A stretch of DNA of 32,000 nucleotides from Sinorhizobium meliloti (GTDB lineage: Bacteria; Pseudomonadota; Alphaproteobacteria; Rhizobiales; Rhizobiaceae), in NCBI RefSeq assembly GCF_017876815.1, contig NZ_JAGIOS010000001.1:2100001-2132000 (forward strand), given 5' to 3'. The notes beneath the pieces were generated by a model. That model did no database searches. It was not told the DNA's origin and saw only the letters and a list, made by a program, of their open reading frames with translations. Every line of letters starts with the position of its first letter. Positions within the stretch are counted from its first letter, which is position 1. The translations under genes and the position numbers were made by a program. Below, piece by piece: positions 17,367-26,223 of this stretch.

Positions 17367-17500
17367 GCGCAAGCGGGGAGAAGGGATATGCCGCGCCCGC
17401 TCGCTCCCTCGAACGGGCGGTGAATGCAGAGTTCAGTTGGCGCCGCTTGTCTCTTCGCCCCGCGTGCGGGGAGAAGGTGGCCGGCAGGCCGGATGAGGGG
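17367..17500. repeat. RIME/Sm-repeat-like intergenic palindromic mosaic, right part
   Basis: This part contains the right arm of the split hairpin (GGGGAGAAGG), a CGCCCG...CGGGCG stem, a second hairpin CTTCGCCCCGC-GT-GCGGGGAGAAG (17454-17476) and the inverted copy of the CCCCTCATCCGGC...CACCTTCTCCCC motif (17468-17500). Confidence 0.7.
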
Positions 17501-17543
17501 CTGAAACGCGCGTAAGCGCCGAAGGGCCCATCCGCCCTTGCCA

Positions 17544-20201
17544 TCACCGCATGTCGAGCAGCCGCTCGAGATACTGCCGCTCCAGCTCGGGCGACAGGCT
17601 GTCACCCAACTTACGACGGATCTCTTCCAGAATCTGGCGGGCGCGCTGCGTGTCGATCTCGTCGGGCACCTTCACCTGATCGCCGAAATCGGGGCCGGCG
17701 TTCTGCTGCCGGCGTCCGAGCGGGTCACGTCCGTTCTGACCATATTGCGGAATGCCTTGTCCGGGACCTTGCCCCTGACCCTGGGCCTGCATTTGGTTCA
17801 TCATGTCCTGCGCGCCCTCGCGCAGGGCCTGCAGGGCCCGGCCCTGGCTGCCGACCGCCTGCTCGCCCTGGCCCTTCCCGAGAGCGCCGGCGGCACCTTC
17901 CATCTCGCGCTGCGCCTGACCGAAGCCCTTGCCGGGCTTGATCCCCAAATTCTCGAGCCCCTTCTGCAGGTCGCCGAGTTGCTTGCCGAGCGATTCCTGC
18001 TGCTCTCTCAATAGCTTAAGAGCCTCCTTCAATTGCTCGGCGGTCATGTCGTCCATCGGGTTGGGTTGGCCATTGGGGTCACCCCGCTGCCCCGGCTCCT
18101 GGGGCATGTCCTGGCCGAAGAGTTCCTCGTCCTCGCCTTCGAGCGGATCGCCGCGCTGCATCCGGTCGCGCAGTGCCTGGTCCAGCTTGAAGGTTTCGTC
18201 CATCAGTTGCTGCTGCTGCTGCATCAGCTCGCCGAGCTTGTCCATCTGCTGCCGCATGGCGTTGTTCTGCTCGCCCATCTGCTGCTGCATGCGTCCGGCC
18301 TGGAGATTGTTCATCATCCTCTGCAGCTCGGAGAGCATCTGCCGCGCCTGATCGCGCGCGCCGGAACGGGCCAGATTTTCGATCTGGTCCATCATCTTCT
18401 GCAGGTCCTGCTGGCGCAGAACGTTGTTCATCTCGGGATTGGCGGCGACTGCCGGGTTCTTCGCGGCCTGCTCGGCGAGCGCCTGCATATATTCCTGCAT
18501 CGCCTGGCGAAGCTCGTCCATCAGCCGGGCGATTTCCTCGTCCGAGGCGTTGCGTTCGAGCGCGTCCGACAGCGCCTGCTGCGCGTCGCGCAGCCGCCGG
18601 TCAGCGAGCGACAGGTCACCGTCCTCGATGCCGAGAGCGATTTCCCACAGGTGGTCGGCGGCATCGCGCAGCATGTCGTCATTTCGGGCGAGCTGCATGC
18701 GCGTGCGTGCCGACTTCAAGAGCAGGAAGTGGGTGGCATTGGGGATCGTCTCCTCGGGGTAAAGCGTGAGCGCATCATTGAGATCGATCGCGCGCGGCAA
18801 TTGGTTGGCGTCGAGCGCGAAGACCTGGCGCTGTTCTGCGACGGCAGCGGCGAGGGGTTCGAAGAACCGGCGCGCAGGCAGAACGATCTCCTGCGGCACG
18901 CTTCGTCCCTCCTGGCCGGCTGCATCACGAGCGACGAGCGTGACGCTCACGCGCTTTCCGGCAAGCGGATGCTCACTCAGATTGCGGCTCGTCGTACCCT
19001 TTGCCTCACGGGCATTGCGGCGCGGCAGATCGAGGCGATATTCGGGAGGGGCATAGAGCGGATGGGCATCCTTTGCGGGCTCCTCGAGGGGCTTGATTTC
19101 GGCCCAGGCCTGGGCGATGCCGTAGTCGTCATGTGCCAGGTAGCTGATATCGAGCGCTGCATTGACGGTTGGACGCGGTGCGCCGTCGAAAGCGATGCCG
19201 GGCACGCTGTCGGGCGTGATCTTGAAGCTCCAGCTCTGGCCGCCGACGGAGAGCGTTCCGTCCTTGGCGATCTTGTAAACATGATTGCGGACCGCATTCG
19301 GAGTTGCCTGGGGCGTTTCAGACCGGGGCGTTTCAGGTTTGGCTGTTTCCGGCCTGGATGTCGCCTCCGCCTTGGCGTCGGACGGCGGGATTGCCAACGG
19401 CTCGTTGCCCGCCTCGGCGTAGCTGACCGTTTCCTCCGTCCCGGCCCCGGTTATCCGCACCGTAAGATCGCTGAACTGCGGTATCGTGATCTGAGCCTTC
19501 TCCTGCGGATCCTTCTCCTGTGCTGGGTCCGTCGCGTCCTGACGGCCCGTGAGAAAGATCGGCGCGCGGCCGGTATAGGCTGGCGGCGTCACCCATGCAT
19601 CGATACGGATGTCGGCAGCCGTTACCTCCTGCTCGGGCAAGCGAAAGGCGTCCGAAATCAGTCCGGCGCGGTTCGAATAGGAATAGGCGAAGGCGATGCA
19701 GGCAAGGAGGACGGGGATGGCTCGCAGCGCCCACGGGTCATGCCGTGCGATATCGGGCCGCGGCAGACCCGTATCGAGTTCCCTGACCATGCGCGCCATA
19801 CGCGCCTGATGTTCGCGCCAGAGTGCGGCGCCGAACGCGCCTTCCGTCGCGGGCGCATCGTCCTGGACGCGGATCGCCTGATGGGGCAGCCGGTTGCGCT
19901 CTTCCAGCATCCGGTCCGCCTCGGGCGTTTCCGGCCAGCGAATGCGGGTCAGCGGCAACAGGGAGACGAACAGCCCTACGACGAAGAGAAGAAGAAGGGC
20001 GGCATGCAGCCAGAACGGCGCGGCCCGAAAGAGGCCGACCCAGCCGGCGGAGAGAAACAGAAGAACGAGCGAGGCAGGGACGAGCATGCGTGGCAGCAGC
20101 TCTTCGGCCAAAAGAACAGAACGGGCGAGGAATCGCTTCGCCGCCAGCATCCTGGCGAACGACTGCGGTTTTGGCGTTTCATCCTGCCGGAATTGCGTCA
20201 T
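17544..20201 (-). CDS. TIGR02302/DUF4175-family large membrane protein with Q/M/G-rich low-complexity C-terminal half (function unknown)
   Basis: ORF of 885-899 aa with several N-terminal TM helices, then a long region rich in Q, M, E and G (MQQQQQLMDE, GQGQGPGQG). It lies downstream of lysA, as in other alphaproteobacteria. ATG 20201 is preceded by AAGGAAG; TTG 20243 is an alternative start. Confidence 0.85.
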   Translation of the reverse strand: MTQFRQDETPKPQSFARMLAAKRFLARSVLLAEELLPRMLVPASLVLLFLSAGWVGLFRAAPFWLHAALLLLFVVGLFVSLLPLTRIRWPETPEADRMLEERNRLPHQAIRVQDDAPATEGAFGAALWREHQARMARMVRELDTGLPRPDIARHDPWALRAIPVLLACIAFAYSYSNRAGLISDAFRLPEQEVTAADIRIDAWVTPPAYTGRAPIFLTGRQDATDPAQEKDPQEKAQITIPQFSDLTVRITGAGTEETVSYAEAGNEPLAIPPSDAKAEATSRPETAKPETPRSETPQATPNAVRNHVYKIAKDGTLSVGGQSWSFKITPDSVPGIAFDGAPRPTVNAALDISYLAHDDYGIAQAWAEIKPLEEPAKDAHPLYAPPEYRLDLPRRNAREAKGTTSRNLSEHPLAGKRVSVTLVARDAAGQEGRSVPQEIVLPARRFFEPLAAAVAEQRQVFALDANQLPRAIDLNDALTLYPEETIPNATHFLLLKSARTRMQLARNDDMLRDAADHLWEIALGIEDGDLSLADRRLRDAQQALSDALERNASDEEIARLMDELRQAMQEYMQALAEQAAKNPAVAANPEMNNVLRQQDLQKMMDQIENLARSGARDQARQMLSELQRMMNNLQAGRMQQQMGEQNNAMRQQMDKLGELMQQQQQLMDETFKLDQALRDRMQRGDPLEGEDEELFGQDMPQEPGQRGDPNGQPNPMDDMTAEQLKEALKLLREQQESLGKQLGDLQKGLENLGIKPGKGFGQAQREMEGAAGALGKGQGEQAVGSQGRALQALREGAQDMMNQMQAQGQGQGPGQGIPQYGQNGRDPLGRRQQNAGPDFGDQVKVPDEIDTQRARQILEEIRRKLGDSLSPELERQYLERLLDMR

Positions 20202-20341
20202 CCGCCGAAACTTCCTTTCGATCCTTCGACCGCGGGCGGTCAATGGTCAGGATAACATTGTTTGTGGCGAAGACGAGGGCGGCCCGTAAAACAATGCGTG
20301 ATCGCCGCAGGCAACCCCAATCGTGAACGCGTCGCTGGAGC

Positions 20342-21610
20342 TCAGTCGAGCCAGTCCGGCACCGAGTCGAGGCCGATCAGCTCGTCGTAGTCCCGGCGCG
20401 GGCGGATCACGTGGAAACGATCGCCCTTGACGAGCACCTCGGGCACCAGCAGGCGGCTGTTATAGGTTCCCGCCTGTACGGCACCGTAGGCGCCGGCCGA
20501 GCCGATCGCGAAAAGATCGCCGGGCTTCGGCATCGCCATCTCCCGGTCGAGCGCCAGATAGTCGCCGGTCTCGCAGACCGGCCCGACGACATCGGCCTTG
20601 ATGCGCGGCGCGCTTGCGGCGGAAATCTTCACCGGCCGTATCTCGTGATAGGCTTCGTAGAGCGTCGGTCGGATGAGATCGTTCATCGCTCCATCGACGA
20701 TGACGAAGGTCTTGTCGCCGCCGTCCTTCACATAGACCACTTCGGTCACGAGAATGCCGGCATTGCCGACGATCAGCCGGCCCGGTTCGGTGACGATCTT
20801 GCAGTCGAGGCCCTTGAGCTGGTTCTTGACGATATCGGCATAGGCGTCCGGCAACGGCGGCGGATTGTTGTCTTCACGGTAGGGAATGCCGAGACCGCCG
20901 CCGATATCGACGTGCTCGATGACATGCCCGTCGGATCGCAGCGTATCGACCAGTTCGCGCAACAGCTTGAAGGCATCGTCGAAGGGCTGCAGCTCGGTGA
21001 TCTGGCTGCCGATATGCATGTCGATCCCGGTCACTTCGATGCCGGGAAGCTCGGCGGCATGAGCGTAGACGCCACGTGCCCGCTCCCAGGAAATGCCGAA
21101 CTTGTTTTCCTTCTTGCCGGTCGAGATCTTCGCATGGGTGCGGGCATCGACGTCGGGATTGATGCGGAAGGAAACCGGCGCTCGTCTGCCGGCGCGAACG
21201 GCCCTCTGGTTCAGGACCTCCAACTCCGGCTCGGATTCGACATTGAAGCAATAGATGCCTGCCTCGAGAGCAAAATCCATCTCGCGCGCTGTCTTGCCGA
21301 CGCCCGAGAACATGATCCGGCCTGCCGGAATGCCCGCTGCAAGCGCGCGGCGCAGTTCGCCCTCGGACACGACGTCCAGGCCTGCGCCGAGACGGCCGAG
21401 GGTTTTCAGCACGGCCTGGTTCGAATTGGCCTTCATCGCATAGCAGACCATGGCGTCCACATCGGCAAAGGCTTGCGAAAAGACCTTGTAATGGCGCTCC
21501 AGCGTGGCGGTGGAATAACAGTAGAACGGCGTGCCGACGGCGCGCGCGATCTCGGTCAGGGGCACGTCTTCGGCGTAAAGAATTCCGTCGCGGTATTGGA
21601 AATGGTTCAC
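20342..21610 (-). CDS. lysA: Diaminopimelate decarboxylase
   Basis: 422 aa with the PLP-lysine region YAMKANSN, plus GGGLGIPY and CETGD, typical of fold-type III decarboxylases (LysA). Confidence 0.95.
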   Translation of the reverse strand: MNHFQYRDGILYAEDVPLTEIARAVGTPFYCYSTATLERHYKVFSQAFADVDAMVCYAMKANSNQAVLKTLGRLGAGLDVVSEGELRRALAAGIPAGRIMFSGVGKTAREMDFALEAGIYCFNVESEPELEVLNQRAVRAGRRAPVSFRINPDVDARTHAKISTGKKENKFGISWERARGVYAHAAELPGIEVTGIDMHIGSQITELQPFDDAFKLLRELVDTLRSDGHVIEHVDIGGGLGIPYREDNNPPPLPDAYADIVKNQLKGLDCKIVTEPGRLIVGNAGILVTEVVYVKDGGDKTFVIVDGAMNDLIRPTLYEAYHEIRPVKISAASAPRIKADVVGPVCETGDYLALDREMAMPKPGDLFAIGSAGAYGAVQAGTYNSRLLVPEVLVKGDRFHVIRPRRDYDELIGLDSVPDWLD

Positions 21611-21624
21611 GGTCTTTCCTCGGC

Positions 21625-21825
21625 TCAGAGGAGGGGGTCAAGCAGGAATGGGCGGTCGTCGACGGTTTGCTTCGGCGCGACAGTACCGGCGGGCGTTTTC
21701 GTGTTGATCGGTGTGCTGGCTCCCGGCCGGTCGAGGTCGCCCTTACGCCCGCAGCCGGCGAGAACCAGCCCCGGGATTGCCAGAAGAAGCGCGATTCGGG
21801 CGGCCTTCCTGAATGTCATCGTCAT
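21625..21825 (-). CDS. Small lipoprotein, LptM/YifL-like
   Basis: 66 aa. A signal peptide ends in the lipobox LAGC, followed by GRKGDLDRP, which fits the GCG-x-KG-x-L-x-x-P pattern of YifL/LptM-type lipoproteins. The gene lies between argH and lysA, a common arrangement. Confidence 0.7.
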   Translation of the reverse strand: MTMTFRKAARIALLLAIPGLVLAGCGRKGDLDRPGASTPINTKTPAGTVAPKQTVDDRPFLLDPLL

Positions 21826-21959
21826 TTCCCTTTGCCGAAGCTGAGAGCCGGTTGATCTTGGGAGCGCGGGGGCGGCAGGAACCTGTTCCCTGTACCGCTC
21901 CGGTGCGATGTCTTACCGATTTTTCAGCGCCTTGTGCACCCTGTTTCTGCGAAGGGCAG

Positions 21960-22020
21960 GGAGCCTTGGAGCCGACGCATTTTCCCACGGAAAACCGTTA
22001 CACACTTTTCCTGAAGCGCT
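21960..22020 (-). repeat. Degenerate copy of a short intergenic repeat (GGAAAAGTG-N-ACGGTTTTCC core) directly 3' of the argH stop
   Basis: The minus strand reads GCGCTTCAGGAAAAGTGTGTAACGGTTTTCCGTGGGAAAATGCGT. This aligns with GGAAAGTGGATACCGGTTTCCGGACAAACGCAT at 26175-26223. It resembles a motif I recall as widespread in Rhizobiales intergenic regions. Confidence 0.35.
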
Positions 22021-23424
22021 CTAGTTGCGCGCCCGCCACCAGGCGATCTGCTTGCGGACCTCGGAGGGCGCAGTGCCGCCGAAACTGGTGCGGCTTGCCA
22101 CGGAGGCCTCGACCGTCAGGACGCCGTAGACCTTGTCCGTTATCGCGGAATTGATCGCCTGCAGCTCGGCAAGCGGGAGGTCGGCGAGATCGCATCCCTT
22201 CTGTTCCGCAAGCGCGACGACGCGGCCGGTCACATGGTGGGCGTCGCGGAACGGAAGGCCCGCCTCGCGCACCAGCCAGTCGGCGAGATCGGTGGCTGTC
22301 GAGTAGCCGGAGCCTGCTGCGGCCTTCATCCGGTCGGCGCGTATCGTCACGTCGCGGATCATGCCGGTCATGGCCGCGATTGCGAGTTCGAGGCTCTCGG
22401 CCGCATCGAAGACTTGTTCCTTGTCTTCCTGCATGTCCTTGGAATAGGCGAGGGGCAGACCCTTCATCACCGTCAGAAGGGCAACCAGCGAGCCGTTGAC
22501 CCGGCCGGTCTTGGCGCGCACGAGCTCGGCCGCATCCGGGTTCTTCTTCTGCGGCATGATCGACGAACCGGTCGAAAAGGCGTCCGACAGGCGGATGAAG
22601 CCGAATTGCGGCGTCGACCAGATGACGATTTCTTCCGCGAGCCGCGACAGATGGGTCGCCGCGATCGCGGCGATCGACAGGAATTCAAGCGCGAAATCGC
22701 GGTCGGAGACGGTATCGATGGAATTGCGCGTCGGCTCGCGGAAGCCGAGTGCCTTGGCGGTCATGTGCCGGTCGATGGGGAAGCCGGTGCCGGCAAGCGC
22801 GGCTGCGCCGATCGGGCTTTCGTCCATGTGCTCGATCGCGTGGCGAACGCGCGCGCGGTCGCGGCCGAACATTTCCACATAGGCCATGCAGTGATGCCCG
22901 AAGGTGACCGGCTGCGCCGTTTGCAAATGGGTGAAGCCGGGCATTACCGTTTCGGCATGCTCCTCGGCGCGGTCGAGAAAGGCAGCGATGAGCCCGGTCA
23001 GCGCCTTCTCGGTCTTCTGCAGCTCCTCTTTGACCCACAGGCGGAAATCGAGCGCGACCTGGTCGTTGCGCGAGCGCGCCGTATGGAGGCGCCCGGCGGC
23101 CGGGCCGATGAGGGCCGCCAGCCGCGCCTCGATGTTCATGTGGATGTCTTCCAGCCGGCGCGAGAATTCGAATGCGCCGCTGTCGATCTCTGACAGGATC
23201 GTGTCGAGGCCGTGAACGATCTTGTCTTTGTCTTCGGCGGAAATGATGCCTTGATGCGCCAGCATCGTCGCATGCGCTATTGAGCCGCGGATGTCCTGGG
23301 CATAGAGCTTCTTGTCGAAGCCGATCGAGGCATTTATCTCCTCCATGATCGCGTCCGGGCCCGAGGCGAAGCGACCGCCCCACATCTGGTTGGAGGATTT
23401 CGTCTCGGAACTGCCGTCAGCCAT
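22021..23424 (-). CDS. argH: Argininosuccinate lyase
   Basis: The 467-aa product starts at [24 protein letters not shown]. It carries the fumarate-lyase signature [12 protein letters not shown]. The 622-aa track ORF is an artefactual upstream extension that overlaps tlpA. Confidence 0.95.
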   Translation of the reverse strand: MADGSSETKSSNQMWGGRFASGPDAIMEEINASIGFDKKLYAQDIRGSIAHATMLAHQGIISAEDKDKIVHGLDTILSEIDSGAFEFSRRLEDIHMNIEARLAALIGPAAGRLHTARSRNDQVALDFRLWVKEELQKTEKALTGLIAAFLDRAEEHAETVMPGFTHLQTAQPVTFGHHCMAYVEMFGRDRARVRHAIEHMDESPIGAAALAGTGFPIDRHMTAKALGFREPTRNSIDTVSDRDFALEFLSIAAIAATHLSRLAEEIVIWSTPQFGFIRLSDAFSTGSSIMPQKKNPDAAELVRAKTGRVNGSLVALLTVMKGLPLAYSKDMQEDKEQVFDAAESLELAIAAMTGMIRDVTIRADRMKAAAGSGYSTATDLADWLVREAGLPFRDAHHVTGRVVALAEQKGCDLADLPLAELQAINSAITDKVYGVLTVEASVASRTSFGGTAPSEVRKQIAWWRARN

Positions 23425-23449
23425 CAGGATGCCCGCCTTGGAGAATGAA

Positions 23450-24124
23450 ATGCCAGACCAGAAGAAACGCCCTCCGGCCCTTAAATTGTTCGCGCTCGCC
23501 GCCCTTCTGGGCGTGATCGCCGGTGCGGCTGCGGTATACGTGAAGGAGACGGGGTCTGGCAATGGCGGCGTCACGCCGACGGCGGACGCCAGCTGCCCGC
23601 TTGCCGGGCAAAAGGTGGCTTCGCTCACCCCGGTGATGCGCGGCCAGGTGGCGGCGATGACGCCGGCGGACAAGGCGCGCCCGATCGGCGGCCTCGATTT
23701 CGCAGGTCCCGACGGCAAGCCGCTGACGCTTGCCGCCTTTGCCGGCAAGACCGTTCTGGTCAACCTCTGGGCCACCTGGTGCGTGCCTTGCCGGGAGGAG
23801 ATGCCGGCGCTCAACGCCCTGCAACAGACGCTCGGGGGCGACCGTTTCGAGGTGGTCGCAATCAACATCGACACCGGTGCCGACGACAAGCCGAAGGCGT
23901 TCCTCGACGAGGTCGGCGTTCATGCACTCGGCTACTACCGCGATGCCTCGATGGGGGTTTTCAACACGCTCAAGAAGGAGGGGCTCGCCTTCGGCCTTCC
24001 CGCTACCTTGCTCCTCGACGAAAAGGGCTGCCTTCTGGGGTCGATGAACGGACCGGCCGTATGGGACAGCGATGATGCGAAGAACCTGATCGAGGCGGCG
24101 TTGGCTCCGCCTGCGGGGAGTTGA
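23450..24124 (+). CDS. tlpA: Thiol:disulfide interchange protein, TlpA-like periplasmic thioredoxin
   Basis: I take the start at [27 protein letters not shown], a membrane anchor. The thioredoxin active site [13 protein letters not shown] is present. An alternative ATG lies at 23429. Confidence 0.85.
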   Translation: MPDQKKRPPALKLFALAALLGVIAGAAAVYVKETGSGNGGVTPTADASCPLAGQKVASLTPVMRGQVAAMTPADKARPIGGLDFAGPDGKPLTLAAFAGKTVLVNLWATWCVPCREEMPALNALQQTLGGDRFEVVAINIDTGADDKPKAFLDEVGVHALGYYRDASMGVFNTLKKEGLAFGLPATLLLDEKGCLLGSMNGPAVWDSDDAKNLIEAALAPPAGS

Positions 24125-24161
24125 GGGATCGCCGCAGGAGCCTTCCGCGTTGCCTGAAAGG

Positions 24162-25046
24162 TCAGCGCGTCGGTACGGGCACCTCGCCCCGGTAGTCGTA
24201 GAAGCCGCGGCCGGACTTGCGGCCGAGCCAACCGGCCTCGACATATTTTACCAGCAGCGGACAGGGGCGATACTTTGAATCCGCCAGGCCGTCATGCAGC
24301 ACCTGCATGATCGACAGGCAGGTGTCGAGACCGATGAAGTCGGCGAGCTGCAACGGGCCCATCGGATGATTGGCGCCGAGCTTCATGGCCGTGTCGATGG
24401 CATCGACGGTGCCGACGCCTTCATAGAGCGTGTAGATCGCCTCGTTGATCATCGGCAGCAGGATGCGGTTGACGATGAAGGCCGGAAAATCTTCGGCGAC
24501 GGTGACGGTCTTGTCGAGATGCGCGACGAATTCCTTTGCCGCCTTGAAGGTCTCTTCCTCCGTGGCGATACCGCGTACGAGCTCCACCAGCTTCATCACC
24601 GGGACCGGGTTCATGAAGTGGATGCCCATGAACCGTTCGGGACGATCGGTCGCGGAGGCGAGCCGGGTGATGGACAGGGACGATGTGTTGGTCGCCAGGA
24701 TAGCATCCGGCCTCATGACCGGGCAGACCTGCCCGTAGATCTTGCGCTTGACGGTTTCGTCTTCGGTGACCGCCTCGATGACGAGATCGGCCTGCGCGAG
24801 GTCGTTGATGTCGCCTGAGCCCTTGATCAGGGAAAGCGCCCGCTTGCGGTCCTCGTCGCTCATCTTGCCGGAGGAGACCTGCCGGGCCAGATTGCCGTTG
24901 ATGGTGGCAAGTCCCGCCTCGATGCGGTCCGCAGCGATATCGTAGAGCTGAACCTTATATCCGGCGGCTGCCGAAACATGGGCAATGCCGCAGCCCATCT
25001 GTCCTGCGCCGATAATTCCCACCGTCTTGATCATTGAAGCGAACAC
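24162..25046 (-). CDS. hbdA: 3-hydroxybutyryl-CoA (3-hydroxyacyl-CoA) dehydrogenase
   Basis: Rossmann motif VGIIGAGQMGCGIA, plus the NTSSLSIT and HFMNPVP blocks of the 3-hydroxyacyl-CoA dehydrogenase family. An alternative start lies at 25034 (MIKTVG). Confidence 0.92.
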   Translation of the reverse strand: MFASMIKTVGIIGAGQMGCGIAHVSAAAGYKVQLYDIAADRIEAGLATINGNLARQVSSGKMSDEDRKRALSLIKGSGDINDLAQADLVIEAVTEDETVKRKIYGQVCPVMRPDAILATNTSSLSITRLASATDRPERFMGIHFMNPVPVMKLVELVRGIATEEETFKAAKEFVAHLDKTVTVAEDFPAFIVNRILLPMINEAIYTLYEGVGTVDAIDTAMKLGANHPMGPLQLADFIGLDTCLSIMQVLHDGLADSKYRPCPLLVKYVEAGWLGRKSGRGFYDYRGEVPVPTR

Positions 25047-25085
25047 CCATGTTCAACAGGTTGCGGCAATGACGCTGCCGCAGAT

Positions 25086-25120
25086 GCAAAAATACCGGAC
25101 CGGCAGGGCCGGCCCGGTAT
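25086..25120 (-). terminator. Intrinsic terminator downstream of etfA
   Basis: The minus-strand RNA is AUACCGGGCCGG-CCCUG-CCGGUCCGGUAU, a stem of about 11-12 bp including one G-U pair, followed by UUUUGC. It lies about 60 nt after the etfA stop. Confidence 0.65.
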
Positions 25121-25177
25121 GATTGTTAATGCCATGCCGGCACTTTTTCCAGCTTTTTCGTGCCGGTAGCCGGTGCG

Positions 25178-26107
25178 TCAAAGCGCCTTTTCGAGTTCCG
25201 GCAGGACTTCGAAGAGATCGGCGACGAGGCCGTAGTCGGCGACCTGGAAGATCGGCGCTTCCTCGTCCTTGTTGATGGCGACGATCACCTTCGAATCCTT
25301 CATGCCGGCGAGGTGCTGGATCGCACCGGAAATGCCGCAGGCGATGTAGAGGTCGGGGGCGACCACCTTGCCGGTCTGGCCGACCTGCCAGTCGTTCGGC
25401 GCATAGCCGGCATCGACGGCGGCGCGGGAGGCGCCGACGGCGGCGCCGAGCTTGTCGGCAACCGGCAGGATGACTTCCTTGAACTTCTCCGAGGAGCCGA
25501 GCGCCCGGCCGCCGGAGATGATGATCTTCGCCGAGGTCAGTTCCGGCCGGTCGGACGACGACAGGGCATCGGAAACATGGGCGGAAAGGCCCGGATTCGC
25601 CGCGGCGGCAACCGTCTCGACCGGTGCCGAGCCGCCTTCTTGAGCGGCGGCAAAGGAGGCGGTGCGCACGGTGATCACCTTCTGCGGCTCGCTCGTCTGC
25701 ACCGTCTGGATGGCGTTGCCGGCATAGATCGGCCGCCGGTACGTGTCAGCCGAGACGACCTCGATGATCTCCGAAACCTGTGCGACGTCGAGAAGGGCTG
25801 CGACCCGCGGCATGACGTTCTTGCCGACCGAGGTGGCGGCGGCAACGACGGTGTCGTAATTGCCGGCGAGCGAAACGATCAGGGCCGCCAGCGGCTCGGC
25901 GAGATTGTTGGCGAGCGAGGCGTCCTCGGCGACCAGCACCTTGGCAACGCCCGAGAGCTTGGAGGCTTGTTCGGCGATGCCTTTGACGTTCTGACCGGCA
26001 ACCAGCACATGCACGTCGCCGCCGATCTTCGCTGCCGCCGTTAGTGCCTTCGCCGTCTGGTCGGAAAGGTGGCTGTTGTCGTGGTCAGCCAGAAGCAGAA
26101 TGGCCAT
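25178..26107 (-). CDS. etfA: Electron transfer flavoprotein, alpha subunit
   Basis: The 309-aa product starts at [16 protein letters not shown]. The C-terminal FAD-binding region is present ([18 protein letters not shown]...IVAINKD). Confidence 0.94.
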   Translation of the reverse strand: MAILLLADHDNSHLSDQTAKALTAAAKIGGDVHVLVAGQNVKGIAEQASKLSGVAKVLVAEDASLANNLAEPLAALIVSLAGNYDTVVAAATSVGKNVMPRVAALLDVAQVSEIIEVVSADTYRRPIYAGNAIQTVQTSEPQKVITVRTASFAAAQEGGSAPVETVAAAANPGLSAHVSDALSSSDRPELTSAKIIISGGRALGSSEKFKEVILPVADKLGAAVGASRAAVDAGYAPNDWQVGQTGKVVAPDLYIACGISGAIQHLAGMKDSKVIVAINKDEEAPIFQVADYGLVADLFEVLPELEKAL

Positions 26108-26174
26108 GGTAGAATTCTCCCTTTCGATTGAGCTCAACGATCCGTTCCGGATCGGAGCTCATGAGTCTGAAGTG

Positions 26175-26223
26175 GTTCATGCGTTTGTCCGGAAACCGGT
26201 ATCCACTTTCCGGACGCATGAAC
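26175..26223 (-). repeat. 49-nt interrupted hairpin (repeat-family copy) immediately 3' of the etfB stop, inside the etfB-etfA spacer
   Basis: The minus-strand RNA is GUUCAUGCGU-CCGGAAA-GUGGAUACCGG-UUUCCGG-ACAA-ACGCAUGAAC, with a 10-bp perfect outer stem and a 7-bp inner stem. It begins at the nucleotide after the etfB stop codon (26224-26226). Confidence 0.55.

Noticed and set aside
18208-18222. (TGC)5 / (CAG)5 trinucleotide tract, and a shorter CTG tract near 11948-11956 in ftsX.
   Set aside because: They simply encode poly-Q within low-complexity protein regions. They are too short to call a functional contingency locus and are mentioned only as possible length polymorphisms.
18033-20255. 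740-aa plus-strand ORF.
   Set aside because: It is a mirror-strand shadow of the TIGR02302 gene. Low-complexity CAG/CTG-rich coding DNA keeps the antisense frame open.
20411-21844. 477-aa plus-strand ORF.
   Set aside because: It is antisense to lysA and the lipoprotein gene and has no protein-like features.
23425-23889. 155-codon N-terminal extension of the argH ORF (track ORF 22021-23889).
   Set aside because: The extension is antisense to tlpA and S/A/P-rich. Argininosuccinate lyase homology begins only at [19 protein letters not shown] (start 23424), which gives the standard length of about 467 aa.
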